Assembly: GCA_041687115.1 (NCBI GenBank)
Contig: JAWLCP010000004.1
Location: 88 to 60,660 of the forward strand
Length of the DNA stretch: 60,573 nt
From: Anaerolineae bacterium
Lineage (GTDB): Bacteria > Chloroflexota > Anaerolineae > B4-G1
Direction: 5' to 3'
Position numbers and translations under genes: made by a program. Within the stretch, counting starts at the first letter, position 1. Each line of letters begins with the position of its first letter. The notes below the pieces were generated by a model. It ran no database searches. It had not been told where the DNA came from and was given only the letters and a program-made list of their open reading frames with translations. This document shows positions 39,059-47,831 of this stretch, piece after piece.

Positions 39059-39991
39059 GTGACTGACATGGCGATTCGGATGGAGAACCTGACCCGGGAT
39101 TTTGACACGGTGAGAGCCCTGGACGGTCTCTCGCTGGAGGTGCCGTCTGGCATCATCTTTGGATTCCTGGGCCCCAACGGCGCCGGCAAGACCACCACGA
39201 TCAACGTCCTGCTGGGCCTGCTGGAACCCACGGCTGGGCGCGCCGAGGTGCTGGGCTTCGATACCCGAACCGATGGAGACGAGGCGCGCACCCGCACCGG
39301 AGCCCTGCTCGAGCACACCGGGATCTACGAGCAGCTGAGCGCCGAGGACAACCTGGAGTTCTACGGTCGGGTGTGGCGCATGCCCGCCGATGATCGGCGT
39401 GCCCGGATCAAGGAGCTCCTGACCGACATAGGGCTCTGGGAGCGCCGCAAGGATCCGGCCGGGACGTGGAGCAAAGGGATGCAGCAAAAACTGGCTCTCG
39501 CCCGGGCGCTCCTGCACCGGCCGCCCCTGGTGCTGTTGGACGAGCCCACCGCCGGTCTCGACGTCCCCTCGGCGGCAGCCGTACGCGATCATCTGGAGTC
39601 CCTGGTGGCCCGGGAGGGGGTGACCGTCTTCCTGACGACCCATAACATGGCGGAGGCCGAGAGGCTGTGCAGCCAGGTGAGCGTGATCCGCGAGGGGAGG
39701 TTGGTAGCGCTGGGACATCCCGATGAGCTGCGAGCCCAGGCCAGCGGTCCTCGCGTGGAGATTGTGGGGCGCGGGCTGAGCGAGAGCGTGCTGAGTCTGC
39801 TGCGGAAGCGACCGGAAGTGATCTCCGCCGAGCGAGAGAACCAGCACGTGGCCGTGGACTTGCGCGAAGGCGCCGAGACTGCGCCGCTGGTCAGCCTCAT
39901 GGTAGGCGTGGGTGTCCAGGTGGACGAGGTCCGTCGCGGGAAGGCGAACCTGGAGGACGTGTTCATGACGTTGATGGAGGAGGAGAGATGA
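39059..39991 (+). CDS. ABC exporter ATP-binding protein
   Basis: GPNGAGKTT, WSKGMQQK, LLDEPT, TTH. Confidence 0.95.
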   Translation: MTDMAIRMENLTRDFDTVRALDGLSLEVPSGIIFGFLGPNGAGKTTTINVLLGLLEPTAGRAEVLGFDTRTDGDEARTRTGALLEHTGIYEQLSAEDNLEFYGRVWRMPADDRRARIKELLTDIGLWERRKDPAGTWSKGMQQKLALARALLHRPPLVLLDEPTAGLDVPSAAAVRDHLESLVAREGVTVFLTTHNMAEAERLCSQVSVIREGRLVALGHPDELRAQASGPRVEIVGRGLSESVLSLLRKRPEVISAERENQHVAVDLREGAETAPLVSLMVGVGVQVDEVRRGKANLEDVFMTLMEEER

Positions 39992-40728
39992 TGGCCGACA
40001 CGCTGACCGTGATGTGGAAAGAGAGGAAGGGGCTGTTCCGCGTTCGGGGACGCCGAGCTCAGGCTCTGCTGGCCCTGTTCAGCCCGCTTCTGCTGGCCGT
40101 CTACTTCCCATTGCAGGAGGGGCCGGATTGGGTGGAGAGCCCGCTGTCCGTGCTGCTGTGCTTCGTCACGCCCCTGATCCTGGTAGGCCTCTCCATCCCG
40201 GATTCCTTCGCCGGTGAGCGGGAGCGTCACACCCTGGCCACGCTGTTGGCCAGCCGCCTTTCGGACCGGGCCATTCTCTTTGGCAAGTTAGCGACGTGCG
40301 TGGGCTTCGGCTGGAGCATGACAGCCGTGCTGTTGGCGGTGAGCCTCGTGGCCGCGAACGTCGCCAACTGGCGCGGCCCGATCCTGTTCTACAAGCCGTC
40401 CCTTCTGGGCGCTGACCTGGCATTCAGCTTCCTGGTAGCGATGATGACCGCTGCGGCGGGGGTGCTGTTCTCCCTGCGGGCGGCGACGGCCCAGGAAGCG
40501 CAGCAGACGCTGATGGCCGTGCTGCTGATCCCACCGATGATCCTCCAGTTTGCGCTGATGGCTATCATGGGATCGGAGTCCGGGGAGGCGCGTCTCCGGG
40601 AGGTGCTGGCGACGCTCAGCTTCGAGCAGGTCATCCTCGTCATCGGGGTTGTCTTGCTCGTGCTGGACGCGGTGCTGCTTGCGGCGGCGATGGCGCGCTT
40701 CAAGCGATCGCGCCTGATTCTGAGCTAG
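39988..40728 (+). CDS. ABC-2 family permease
   Basis: DSFAGERERHTLATLLAS; 6 TM; overlaps the ATPase stop. Confidence 0.9.
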   Translation: MMADTLTVMWKERKGLFRVRGRRAQALLALFSPLLLAVYFPLQEGPDWVESPLSVLLCFVTPLILVGLSIPDSFAGERERHTLATLLASRLSDRAILFGKLATCVGFGWSMTAVLLAVSLVAANVANWRGPILFYKPSLLGADLAFSFLVAMMTAAAGVLFSLRAATAQEAQQTLMAVLLIPPMILQFALMAIMGSESGEARLREVLATLSFEQVILVIGVVLLVLDAVLLAAAMARFKRSRLILS

Positions 40729-40820
40729 AGGCGATTGAGGTCACGCTTTCCGCATCGACGCGCAAGGCTACAGCGAGGCGGTGGCGGATTGGCTGGATCA
40801 TCTATGGTCGGACAGGGGCT

Positions 40821-41603
40821 ATGTCGAAGTCACAGATGATGATCGGTTCTATGTTCCTGGTCGCGCTGCTGGCTGGTTGCGCACAGCCGTCAGACGCTTG
40901 CGCATCCCCGGTTCCTGTGGATCTATCGGACCCGGAGACGCATGCCTTGGACGATGATCTGCCCTTCCGATTTCCGCTGGACGATCACACCGTCCATCTC
41001 TCCGCAGAGCCGTTCTACTGCCCGTTCGCAGCCCCTGGCTGGGCGAAGCGCGGGCCGTTCGTGCATCGGGAGAACCACGCGGCCGAGGACACCCTCAGGC
41101 CGGCCGGCACCCCGGTCTATGCGATGGCCGACGGCGAGGTGAGCTTCTCGGGCCCGATGGGCGGGTACGGATGGCTGGTGATCGTCGACCATCAGGAGGC
41201 CAACCTGTACTCGCTTTACGGTCACCTGAGCCCTAGCCGCTGGCAGATCGAACCTGGGCCGGTGGCGAAGGCGGATCTCATCGGCTACCTGGGCGACCCA
41301 GACGAGAACGGGGGGAGTGCGGAGAATCCGCTGAGGACGCACCTCCACTTCGGCGTGCGCCTTGGTCAGCGCGCAGACTATCCCAGCAATGGGGCGTGGC
41401 GCTGGCAGGCCGGATGGATCAGACGATGTCCCCAGGACGTGGGCTGGCTGCAGCCCTCCCTGGTGATCACGGAGCAGGAGGTCTCCAGCGGAGGCTTCCC
41501 GGGACCAGCGGGAGGGTTCCTGGTCAGATGGTGGATAGAGTTGCTCTATCGAACGATTCGCCAATTCAGGCAATCGAGAATGCAGTTAGTAGATGGGAGG
41601 TAA
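40821..41603 (+). CDS. M23 family metallopeptidase, lipoprotein
   Basis: LLAGC lipobox; HAAED (HxxxD), YGHL, HLHF. Confidence 0.85.
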   Translation: MSKSQMMIGSMFLVALLAGCAQPSDACASPVPVDLSDPETHALDDDLPFRFPLDDHTVHLSAEPFYCPFAAPGWAKRGPFVHRENHAAEDTLRPAGTPVYAMADGEVSFSGPMGGYGWLVIVDHQEANLYSLYGHLSPSRWQIEPGPVAKADLIGYLGDPDENGGSAENPLRTHLHFGVRLGQRADYPSNGAWRWQAGWIRRCPQDVGWLQPSLVITEQEVSSGGFPGPAGGFLVRWWIELLYRTIRQFRQSRMQLVDGR

Positions 41604-41606
41604 CCG

Positions 41607-41774
41607 ATGACGTATCGCGTGCATCATGTCAACATCAGAATGACACAGGATCAAGGCGAACTGGAGCGCTTCCTGAACGGCCTGGAGGGCGAGGTGGTGG
41701 CCATCATCCCTAACGTGACGCCTTTCCCGGCTACCTTCGTCAACTTCCTCTTGATCGTGGAGAAGATCGGCTGA
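41607..41774 (+). CDS. Small hypothetical protein (55 aa, absent from the ORF track)
   Basis: GGGAGG RBS; MTYRVHHVNIRMTQDQGELERFLNGLEGEVVAIIPNVTPFPATFVNFLLIVEKIG; GC3-rich codons. Confidence 0.7.
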   Translation: MTYRVHHVNIRMTQDQGELERFLNGLEGEVVAIIPNVTPFPATFVNFLLIVEKIG

Positions 41775-41785
41775 ACGCGTCCTGG

Positions 41786-41881
41786 AAACCTGACAGGTCT
41801 ACAGGATACATCAGCCGCCAGACACCATTCGGTTTCCGGACACGGCTTCTCCTGTGGTACCGTCTCAGACCTGTCAGGTTT
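41786..41881. repeat. 15-bp perfect inverted repeat pair, REP/MITE-like
   Basis: AAACCTGACAGGTCT (41786-41800) ... AGACCTGTCAGGTTT (41867-41881). Confidence 0.8.
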
Positions 41882-41925
41882 GTGTGGCGGCGTGGCGAGA
41901 GGTCGCCAAGAGTGGAGGGTGACAG

Positions 41926-42363
41926 ATGTCTAGGCTAGACAGCCTCGATAGGTTGTTCGTCGTCTGGGCGTTCTTCTTTCAGATCGTCCTGATCGTCCAC
42001 TTCGCCCTGCGGAAGCTATTCTTCGAGAGCTACACGATGAGGTATGGATGGCTCGTGTACGCGCTCTGCATCCCGGCGGTGGTGTTAAGCATCGTCCTGC
42101 TGCTCCGTGGGAAGAGCTGGTCGTTCTGGCTCGGCGGCTTCCTGTTCCTGATCTTCGCCGCCTTCGGTTACTGGATTGACTACGTGCAGGGGATCCAGTG
42201 GCGCAACCCGCTGCGTGTGTCCATTATGGTACCCTACGTGGTGTTGTATCTGAGCACGGTGATGTTCTACTGGTGGCCGGTGGGCCTCCTCAGCCGTCCG
42301 CTGTGGGTGGCCTACGGGATCCTCTTCATCATCGGGACGATTCTTAACATCACGTCTCACTGA
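41926..42363 (+). CDS. Hypothetical membrane protein (paralog of 16454-16939)
   Basis: 5 TM; IDYVQGIQWRNPLRVSIMVPYVVL. Confidence 0.82.
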   Translation: MSRLDSLDRLFVVWAFFFQIVLIVHFALRKLFFESYTMRYGWLVYALCIPAVVLSIVLLLRGKSWSFWLGGFLFLIFAAFGYWIDYVQGIQWRNPLRVSIMVPYVVLYLSTVMFYWWPVGLLSRPLWVAYGILFIIGTILNITSH

Positions 42364-42428
42364 GTTCCGGGTGAGTGTGCGCTCCGTACGCGGTGATGCG
42401 CCGCGCGGCGCCTCGAAGGGGGATACAG

Positions 42429-42587
42429 ATGAGATACACTCAAATGAACAACTCACGATTCATCGTTGGCATCATCCTCATTGCCGCGGCAGTGCTGATG
42501 TTTCTGTTCACTGACTACTCCACCGCTGGTGTGATTGCCATCGGCATCCTCGGTCTGGTGAGCATCGCCATCTCGAGAAGAGGGTGA
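42429..42587 (+). CDS. Small 2-TM protein (paralog of 18499-18687)
   Basis: MNNSRFIVGIILIAAAVLMFLF...GLVSIAISRRG; start at 42429 or 42444. Confidence 0.68.
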   Translation: MRYTQMNNSRFIVGIILIAAAVLMFLFTDYSTAGVIAIGILGLVSIAISRRG

Positions 42588-42882
42588 TCTAGCGCTTGAG
42601 AGCAGCGGCCCGAGCCGCGCTGGGAGGGACCACGCAGGAAGCCCTCGGCGGATTGCCGGAGAGATGAGCATGTGCAGTGTTGGCTTCAACGAGAGCTACA
42701 ACCGGTCTGGCGCTGTCCATATGCGCCGGCGTTCAGCTGCAGACTGCCGTCTTCCGATGAAACCGTGGCGCCCCTGTTTTCGAACCGCAGTGACCATTGC
42801 TGGGTATCCTGTTTGTGGTGGCAGCGGCTGATGCCGAGGTGGCGTGCGTGAGTGAGGGACGGTCGCTCTCGAAGGTGAGGTC

Positions 42883-43946
42883 ATGCGAGGTCCGCGAATC
42901 GGGCGGGTTGCGGTTTTCTTGCTGCTGACCTTTGCTCTGTGCTGGGGCTTTCATCGGTTGGTGGCGGTGACCATCGGACACAGCGCGTATCTCGAGCTCG
43001 GTCTGTCGCCGCTGGACATGCTATTCCCGACAGCGGTGGCGCTGATCCTGCGGCTTTTCGTCTTCAAGGATAGTCCGGTCCATCTCCGGGGCTATCGCGG
43101 GAAGCCCAGCTGGATTCTGTAAGGATTCCTGCTGCTCACGGGCGTCTACGGCGTGTCACGCTCATGGCTTTGTGGATTCCAGGTCAACCAACGGTCATTC
43201 AGGGCATGGGCAGCATGCTCCTAACGCTATGGACGCTGCTCTTCCTGCTCGTAATGGGGCAGAGTAGCAAGGAGGAGCTGGAAGAAGCGGGGTTGCAGAT
43301 CGGGGATACCGACTGGGGCCTGAGGTTGCCTGTGGGCGTGGTCCTCTTCTTCGCCCTCCAGGCGGGGCTGAATCTGCTCCTGGGCTTGGGGCAGTTCCAG
43401 GGCCCGAGGGAGCAGGTCTACGGAGTTCCCGTTCCGGAGAACCTTTACCCTTTGGGGCTGGTGGCGGCGTTCGGGCTGGCGGTGACCGGCGTCCCGCTCA
43501 CCGGGTTGGCCGTGGTCTTTGGGGAGGAGTATGGCTGGCGCGGCTTCCTCCAGGACGAGCTGACTCCGCTCGGGAAGAGGCGCGGGGCGCTGCTGGTGGG
43601 ACTGGTCTGGGGCCTGTGGCACATTCCGGTGGTCCTCAGCGGCGCTCACACGTACCCCGCGACCGCCCTGGGGGTCGGGTTGGGGCTGGTGTTCTTCGTG
43701 CTGTGGGGGCTCGTGCAGAGCTACGCCGTGCTGAAGACCGGGGGCATCTGGGTGGCGGCCTTCCTGCACGGGCTGGTGAATAGCGTGTATGCCTATGGCC
43801 TCGAGTACGTGGTGCGCCCGGACGACAAGGTGTTCTCCTTCGGGCTGGGCGTGTATGGCCTGGCCTGCCTGGCCCTAATAGTGGGGTTCATCTTACGGGA
43901 TCCCATCTGGACAAGGAGACGCCGGAACGAACGATGGCAGTGGTAG
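42883..43946 (+). pseudogene. CPBP family protease, disrupted
   Basis: TAA at 43120 and a frameshift near 43153; downstream part has EEYGWRGF, WGLWHIP, HGLVN. Confidence 0.82.
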
Positions 43947-44003
43947 CCCGACAGGCTCGGTACGCCCTCGCGCGAGGCTAGTCGAGTGAGGAGGATGCAA
44001 CGG

Positions 44004-44234
44004 ATGACGTGGATTGACAGCTATGAACCGGAAGTGATCGAACTGGCTCTGGCGAGGCTGCGGGAGGATGGCGTCGTCTGGCAGGACCCTTCCGTTGGCG
44101 ACGACATACCTGAGAGCCTCAGAAGAGAACGGACTGACAGAGAGCCCGATTCCCCTTGCCGTCTCGGCCTGTCCCGAAAGGCTGAGCCTGTGCGCTCGAT
44201 CCTGGCGTGGCTGAAGGTGCGAGGGGTCGTCTGA
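44004..44234 (+). CDS. Small hypothetical protein
   Basis: GAGGAGG upstream of ATG; MTWIDSYEPEVIELALARL; no recognisable motif. Confidence 0.4.
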   Translation: MTWIDSYEPEVIELALARLREDGVVWQDPSVGDDIPESLRRERTDREPDSPCRLGLSRKAEPVRSILAWLKVRGVV

Positions 44235-44395
44235 TGACATCCGCGCCGTCGATCGGCCTGGGGACGGTGTGTACAGATCAACAGCGCGAGGCCGAACTGG
44301 GATGCGACGAACGTGGAACGTGCACATTGGCCAAGAAACGGCGATCCAGGTGAGCCGGCGTCTATCAGGTCTGTTCGCGGGGCTACTGCCGCTGG

Positions 44396-45421
44396 CTAAC
44401 GGAGCGGCCGGCCGGGGATGTGGCGCCTCCAGGTTTCCGTCCGCTCGGCGAGGAGGTGCTCGGTACGGATGATCCGCCGCGTCTGCGTCTGACCGCGCAT
44501 GACCAGCGAGTGCGACTCGGCGCGCTTTCCACTGTAGCGGACTCCCCGCAGGATGGGTCCATCGGTGATGCCCGTCGCGGCGAAGAACACCTGATCGGTG
44601 TTCACGATCTCCTCGGTGACAAGAATCCGGTCGAGGTCGAAGCCGGCCGCGATCACCTCCGCCTGTTCTTCATCGCTCTGAGGCCTCAGACGCCCGATCA
44701 TCGCTCCGTCTGTAGCCCTCAGCGCACAGGCGGCGATGATTCCTTCGGTGATCCCTCCCACCCCCATGAGGACGTCGACGTGGGTACCGGGGCGTCCGGC
44801 GAGCAGAGCACCGGTCACGTCCCCCTCGTCCCGAAGCATCGCGTGAGCCCCGGCCTGGCGGATCTCGGAGATCAGATCTTTGTGCCGGGGGCGGTTAAGT
44901 ACGAACACGGTCAGGTCTTCGACGTCCTTCTCTTTGGCGCGGGCGACCAACGCCAGAGTCCACGCGGCGGGAGCGTCGAGGCACTCCGGGACGAGGGCAT
45001 CTGCGACCTCGGCATCGACCACGATCTTCTGCATATAGGCCGTTCCACTCGGTCTCCACAGGGCCCCGCGGGGCGCGACCGCCATGACGGCGATGGCGCC
45101 CGGGTGGCCCTCGGCGACGAGGTTGCGACCATCGATGGCGTCAACCACCAGGTCGAGCGTGGGCCCCTCACCCGTACCGACGCACTGGCCTGATCGGAGC
45201 GCGTCACAGGTGTGGACCCGTGCCTCCTCTCCCAGGGTCACGGCGGCCTCAATGTCGACGAGGTTGAGAGCAGCGTGCATCTGCTCGGTGGCCGACGTGT
45301 CGGCCTCCATTGGCTTTCCCAGCCCCACCCACCGTCCGGCGGCCAAAGCCGCTGCCTCGGTGGCGCGCACCAGATCGAGGCCCAGGTTGTGCGGTGGTTC
45401 GTTATGTACTTGGTTGACCAT
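44396..45421 (-). CDS. glpX: Class II fructose-1,6-bisphosphatase-like protein (divergent)
   Basis: LVRATEAAALAA, YMQK, RPRH, GDV, FFAATGITDG..L.GV. Confidence 0.88.
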   Translation of the reverse strand: MVNQVHNEPPHNLGLDLVRATEAAALAAGRWVGLGKPMEADTSATEQMHAALNLVDIEAAVTLGEEARVHTCDALRSGQCVGTGEGPTLDLVVDAIDGRNLVAEGHPGAIAVMAVAPRGALWRPSGTAYMQKIVVDAEVADALVPECLDAPAAWTLALVARAKEKDVEDLTVFVLNRPRHKDLISEIRQAGAHAMLRDEGDVTGALLAGRPGTHVDVLMGVGGITEGIIAACALRATDGAMIGRLRPQSDEEQAEVIAAGFDLDRILVTEEIVNTDQVFFAATGITDGPILRGVRYSGKRAESHSLVMRGQTQTRRIIRTEHLLAERTETWRRHIPGRPLR

Positions 45422-47555
45422 ACTTGACAGCCTCCAGCAGATTCTCGCGCTCCCAGGCCTGCAGGCCTCCCTCTAGCGCGCGGACGTTCTCAAACCCTCG
45501 GTCCCGCAGCACCGCCGCCGCCCGCGTGCTCCGTCGCCCTCCGCGGCAGACGAGAACGACGGGGCGATCTCGAGGGACCTGTGAGTCCCTCAACAACTGT
45601 GGAAGAGGAATAAGGCGTGCCTCAGGGATGTGTGCGCGATCGTACTCGCGGGGTTCGCGCACGTCGACGACCAGGGGGGGCTCGTTCCCGCGCAGGGCCT
45701 TCCACAGCTCCTCGGCCTCGATCTGGGGCACCTCGTCTACCTCCAGGTCCTCCGGCCAATCGACCTCTGCCTCGTAGAGCCGCTTGGGCAGGTTCTGGCA
45801 TGGCCCGAAGGCCCGGACCGAGCACTCGTAGATGCAGATCGCGGGATCGAGGACCCTGTGGAACAGGTAGCTCACGTCTCGGTCTGGGTGGAGGAAGTGA
45901 TCCTCTCCCACGTACTCGTAGAAGCCGGACGACTTCATCAAGTCAAGGACGCGCTGGTGGACGTGGACGAAATAGACGTCGCCCCCGAGGTCACGGTAGG
46001 TCTGAACGATGCTCTCCAGGGCGTGAATGCCGCTGATGTCGCAGTTTTCCACCGAATACATACGGAGCAGCAAGAAGCGCTGCCTGGGATGGTCCTGACG
46101 CTGTTCTTCGATCGATTCCTCGATGTGGCTCACGGCTCCGAAGTAGAGATCGCCGAGAATCTCGATCACCCCCAGCTGGGGGCAGGAGGGCTGGCCCGGA
46201 CGGGGGGCGAAATAGCGGAAGTCATCGCTCATCTTCACCGCTCGCACCCGGGGCCTGCTGGTCTCCAGCAGATAGTAGACGATCGACACACCGATGCCGG
46301 CCAGGACCGCAAACTGGAGCGGGATCAGCAGCGTGGCAGCCATCGTGAGCACCATGATGATCCGGTCACTGCCGCCGGCTTGCCAGATCCTGGCGATTTC
46401 GTCCTGGACGACCAGGTTCCAGGCGATGACCATGAGGACCGCGGCCAGGGCCGCCAGGGGCACGTACGCGGCCAGGGGTGCCAGGACGAGCATCGCGACG
46501 AGCACAAAGAGGCCCGTGAAGACGCTGGCCAGCTGCGTCTTGGCCCCCGCCCTGTGGTTGACGGCCGAACGGGTGAACGAGCCGCAGCAGACATAGCCCG
46601 AGAAAAGACCGGATGCGACGTTCGCCAGCCCCTGGCCGACCAGCTCCTGGTTGCTGTCCAGTCGCTGTCCCGTCTGGTTCGAAATGCTGCGGGCGACAGA
46701 TATGGCCTCCACGAGCCCGATGGCGGCGACGGCGAGAGACCCGGTGAGCAGTTTGGCTGCCAGCCCCGGATCGAACTGCGAGACGTCGGTCAGGGGCGGC
46801 AGGCTGCGTGGCAGCTCTCCGACCACCCGTACGCCCAGTGCATCAGGCCCCACGATTCCTACCACCGCAGCTGCCGCTGTCATCCCCATGAGGGGCCCTG
46901 GGAGTCGACGGTTCACCCGCTGCAGTGCCAGGATGATGAATATCACCCCCAACCCGAGCGCCAGGCTGGGCCAATGCATGTGCGGCACGTGTGAGAGAAT
47001 GTCGGGGATCATCTCCCAGAGGCTCGGCTCGATGGAGCGAGGGAGCTGAAGGAGGTGTTCCACCTGGTTGAGCGCGATGAGGATGCCGCTCGCCGCTGTG
47101 AATCCAACCACGACGGAGTCCGAGACGAAGTTCACCAGCACGCCGAGGCGTGCCAGCCCCATCAGGAGCTGGAACCCGCCCCCCACCACAGCCAGGAGAG
47201 CTGCGGCGGTGAGGTATGCGCCAGTCCCCGGCTCCTCCATGCTGACCAGCGTCGACAGCACCAGGAGCGAGGCCGCGTTCGTCGGGCCGGTCTGGAGCTG
47301 GTTTGAGGAGCCCCACAGCGCTCCCACAATGGAACCGACAATGGCCGTGTAGAGGCCCACCCGTGCCGGCACACCGGCGATGAACGCGTATGCCATCGCC
47401 TGTGGCAACATCACGACGGCCACGGTGAGTCCTGCGATGAGGTCAGAGCGGAGGTATCGGTGCCGATACCTGCGGACGACGCGAAGGGGCTGCGCGAGGA
47501 GACGTATCACGAACTGCACGTGACGCGTAAGCGGATGGTTCTGTTTCATGATCAC
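45402..47555 (-). CDS. SulP/SLC26 anion permease with STAS and C-terminal rhodanese domains
   Basis: DLIAGLTVAVVMLPQAMAYA, GPT, NQELVGQGLAN, GSFTRS, GDLYFGA, then VDVREPREY...CRGGRRS. Confidence 0.93.
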   Translation of the reverse strand: MIMKQNHPLTRHVQFVIRLLAQPLRVVRRYRHRYLRSDLIAGLTVAVVMLPQAMAYAFIAGVPARVGLYTAIVGSIVGALWGSSNQLQTGPTNAASLLVLSTLVSMEEPGTGAYLTAAALLAVVGGGFQLLMGLARLGVLVNFVSDSVVVGFTAASGILIALNQVEHLLQLPRSIEPSLWEMIPDILSHVPHMHWPSLALGLGVIFIILALQRVNRRLPGPLMGMTAAAAVVGIVGPDALGVRVVGELPRSLPPLTDVSQFDPGLAAKLLTGSLAVAAIGLVEAISVARSISNQTGQRLDSNQELVGQGLANVASGLFSGYVCCGSFTRSAVNHRAGAKTQLASVFTGLFVLVAMLVLAPLAAYVPLAALAAVLMVIAWNLVVQDEIARIWQAGGSDRIIMVLTMAATLLIPLQFAVLAGIGVSIVYYLLETSRPRVRAVKMSDDFRYFAPRPGQPSCPQLGVIEILGDLYFGAVSHIEESIEEQRQDHPRQRFLLLRMYSVENCDISGIHALESIVQTYRDLGGDVYFVHVHQRVLDLMKSSGFYEYVGEDHFLHPDRDVSYLFHRVLDPAICIYECSVRAFGPCQNLPKRLYEAEVDWPEDLEVDEVPQIEAEELWKALRGNEPPLVVDVREPREYDRAHIPEARLIPLPQLLRDSQVPRDRPVVLVCRGGRRSTRAAAVLRDRGFENVRALEGGLQAWERENLLEAVKYGQPST

Positions 47556-47611
47556 CTACGTTCTACACGTTGGGTTCGCGATAGACTACCCCTTCTACTT
47601 CGCCGCGTCAA

Positions 47612-47639
47612 ATTGTACCACATCGGGTTGGAGCGTCAA
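47612..47639 (-). promoter_or_regulatory. sigma70-like promoter of SulP-glpX
   Basis: Minus strand TTGACG-N16-TACAAT with an extended TG. Confidence 0.6.
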
Positions 47640-47730
47640 CGGGACGGTGGTTGGCGAATGGCGGTGACGGGACCAGGGGGGCGACCGGACTCCTTGGGGC
47701 CGCAGGGATGCGCCCCCCATCCCTGAGCAC

Positions 47731-47759
47731 TGGCAGAGCACCGGCGACGGTGATACAAT
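47731..47759 (+). promoter_or_regulatory. Extended -10 promoter of pepF
   Basis: TGaTACAAT at 47751-47759. Confidence 0.45.
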
Positions 47760-47831
47760 GGGGGGGCAGAGCAGCAAGACGTGCAAACGGGAAGCCCAAA
47801 TCGTGCAAGTACAGACAAGGGAGTCAATGAC

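Noticed and set aside
42697-42820. Possible sixth copy of the 123-bp module (TACAAC..., CTTCCGATGA)
   Set aside because: Box spacing, the hairpin and the -10 position do not fit the gap-free consensus.
28621-43122. Stop-codon recoding (Sec/Pyl or alternative code) explaining the in-frame stops
   Set aside because: All three stop types occur once each, two of the genes also have frameshifts, and TGA/TAG end normal genes throughout the window.
47703-47725. CAGGGATG-N7-CATCCCTG inverted repeat in the SulP/pepF divergent region
   Set aside because: A single 8-bp stem in GC-rich DNA with no second copy or T-run is too weak to call.
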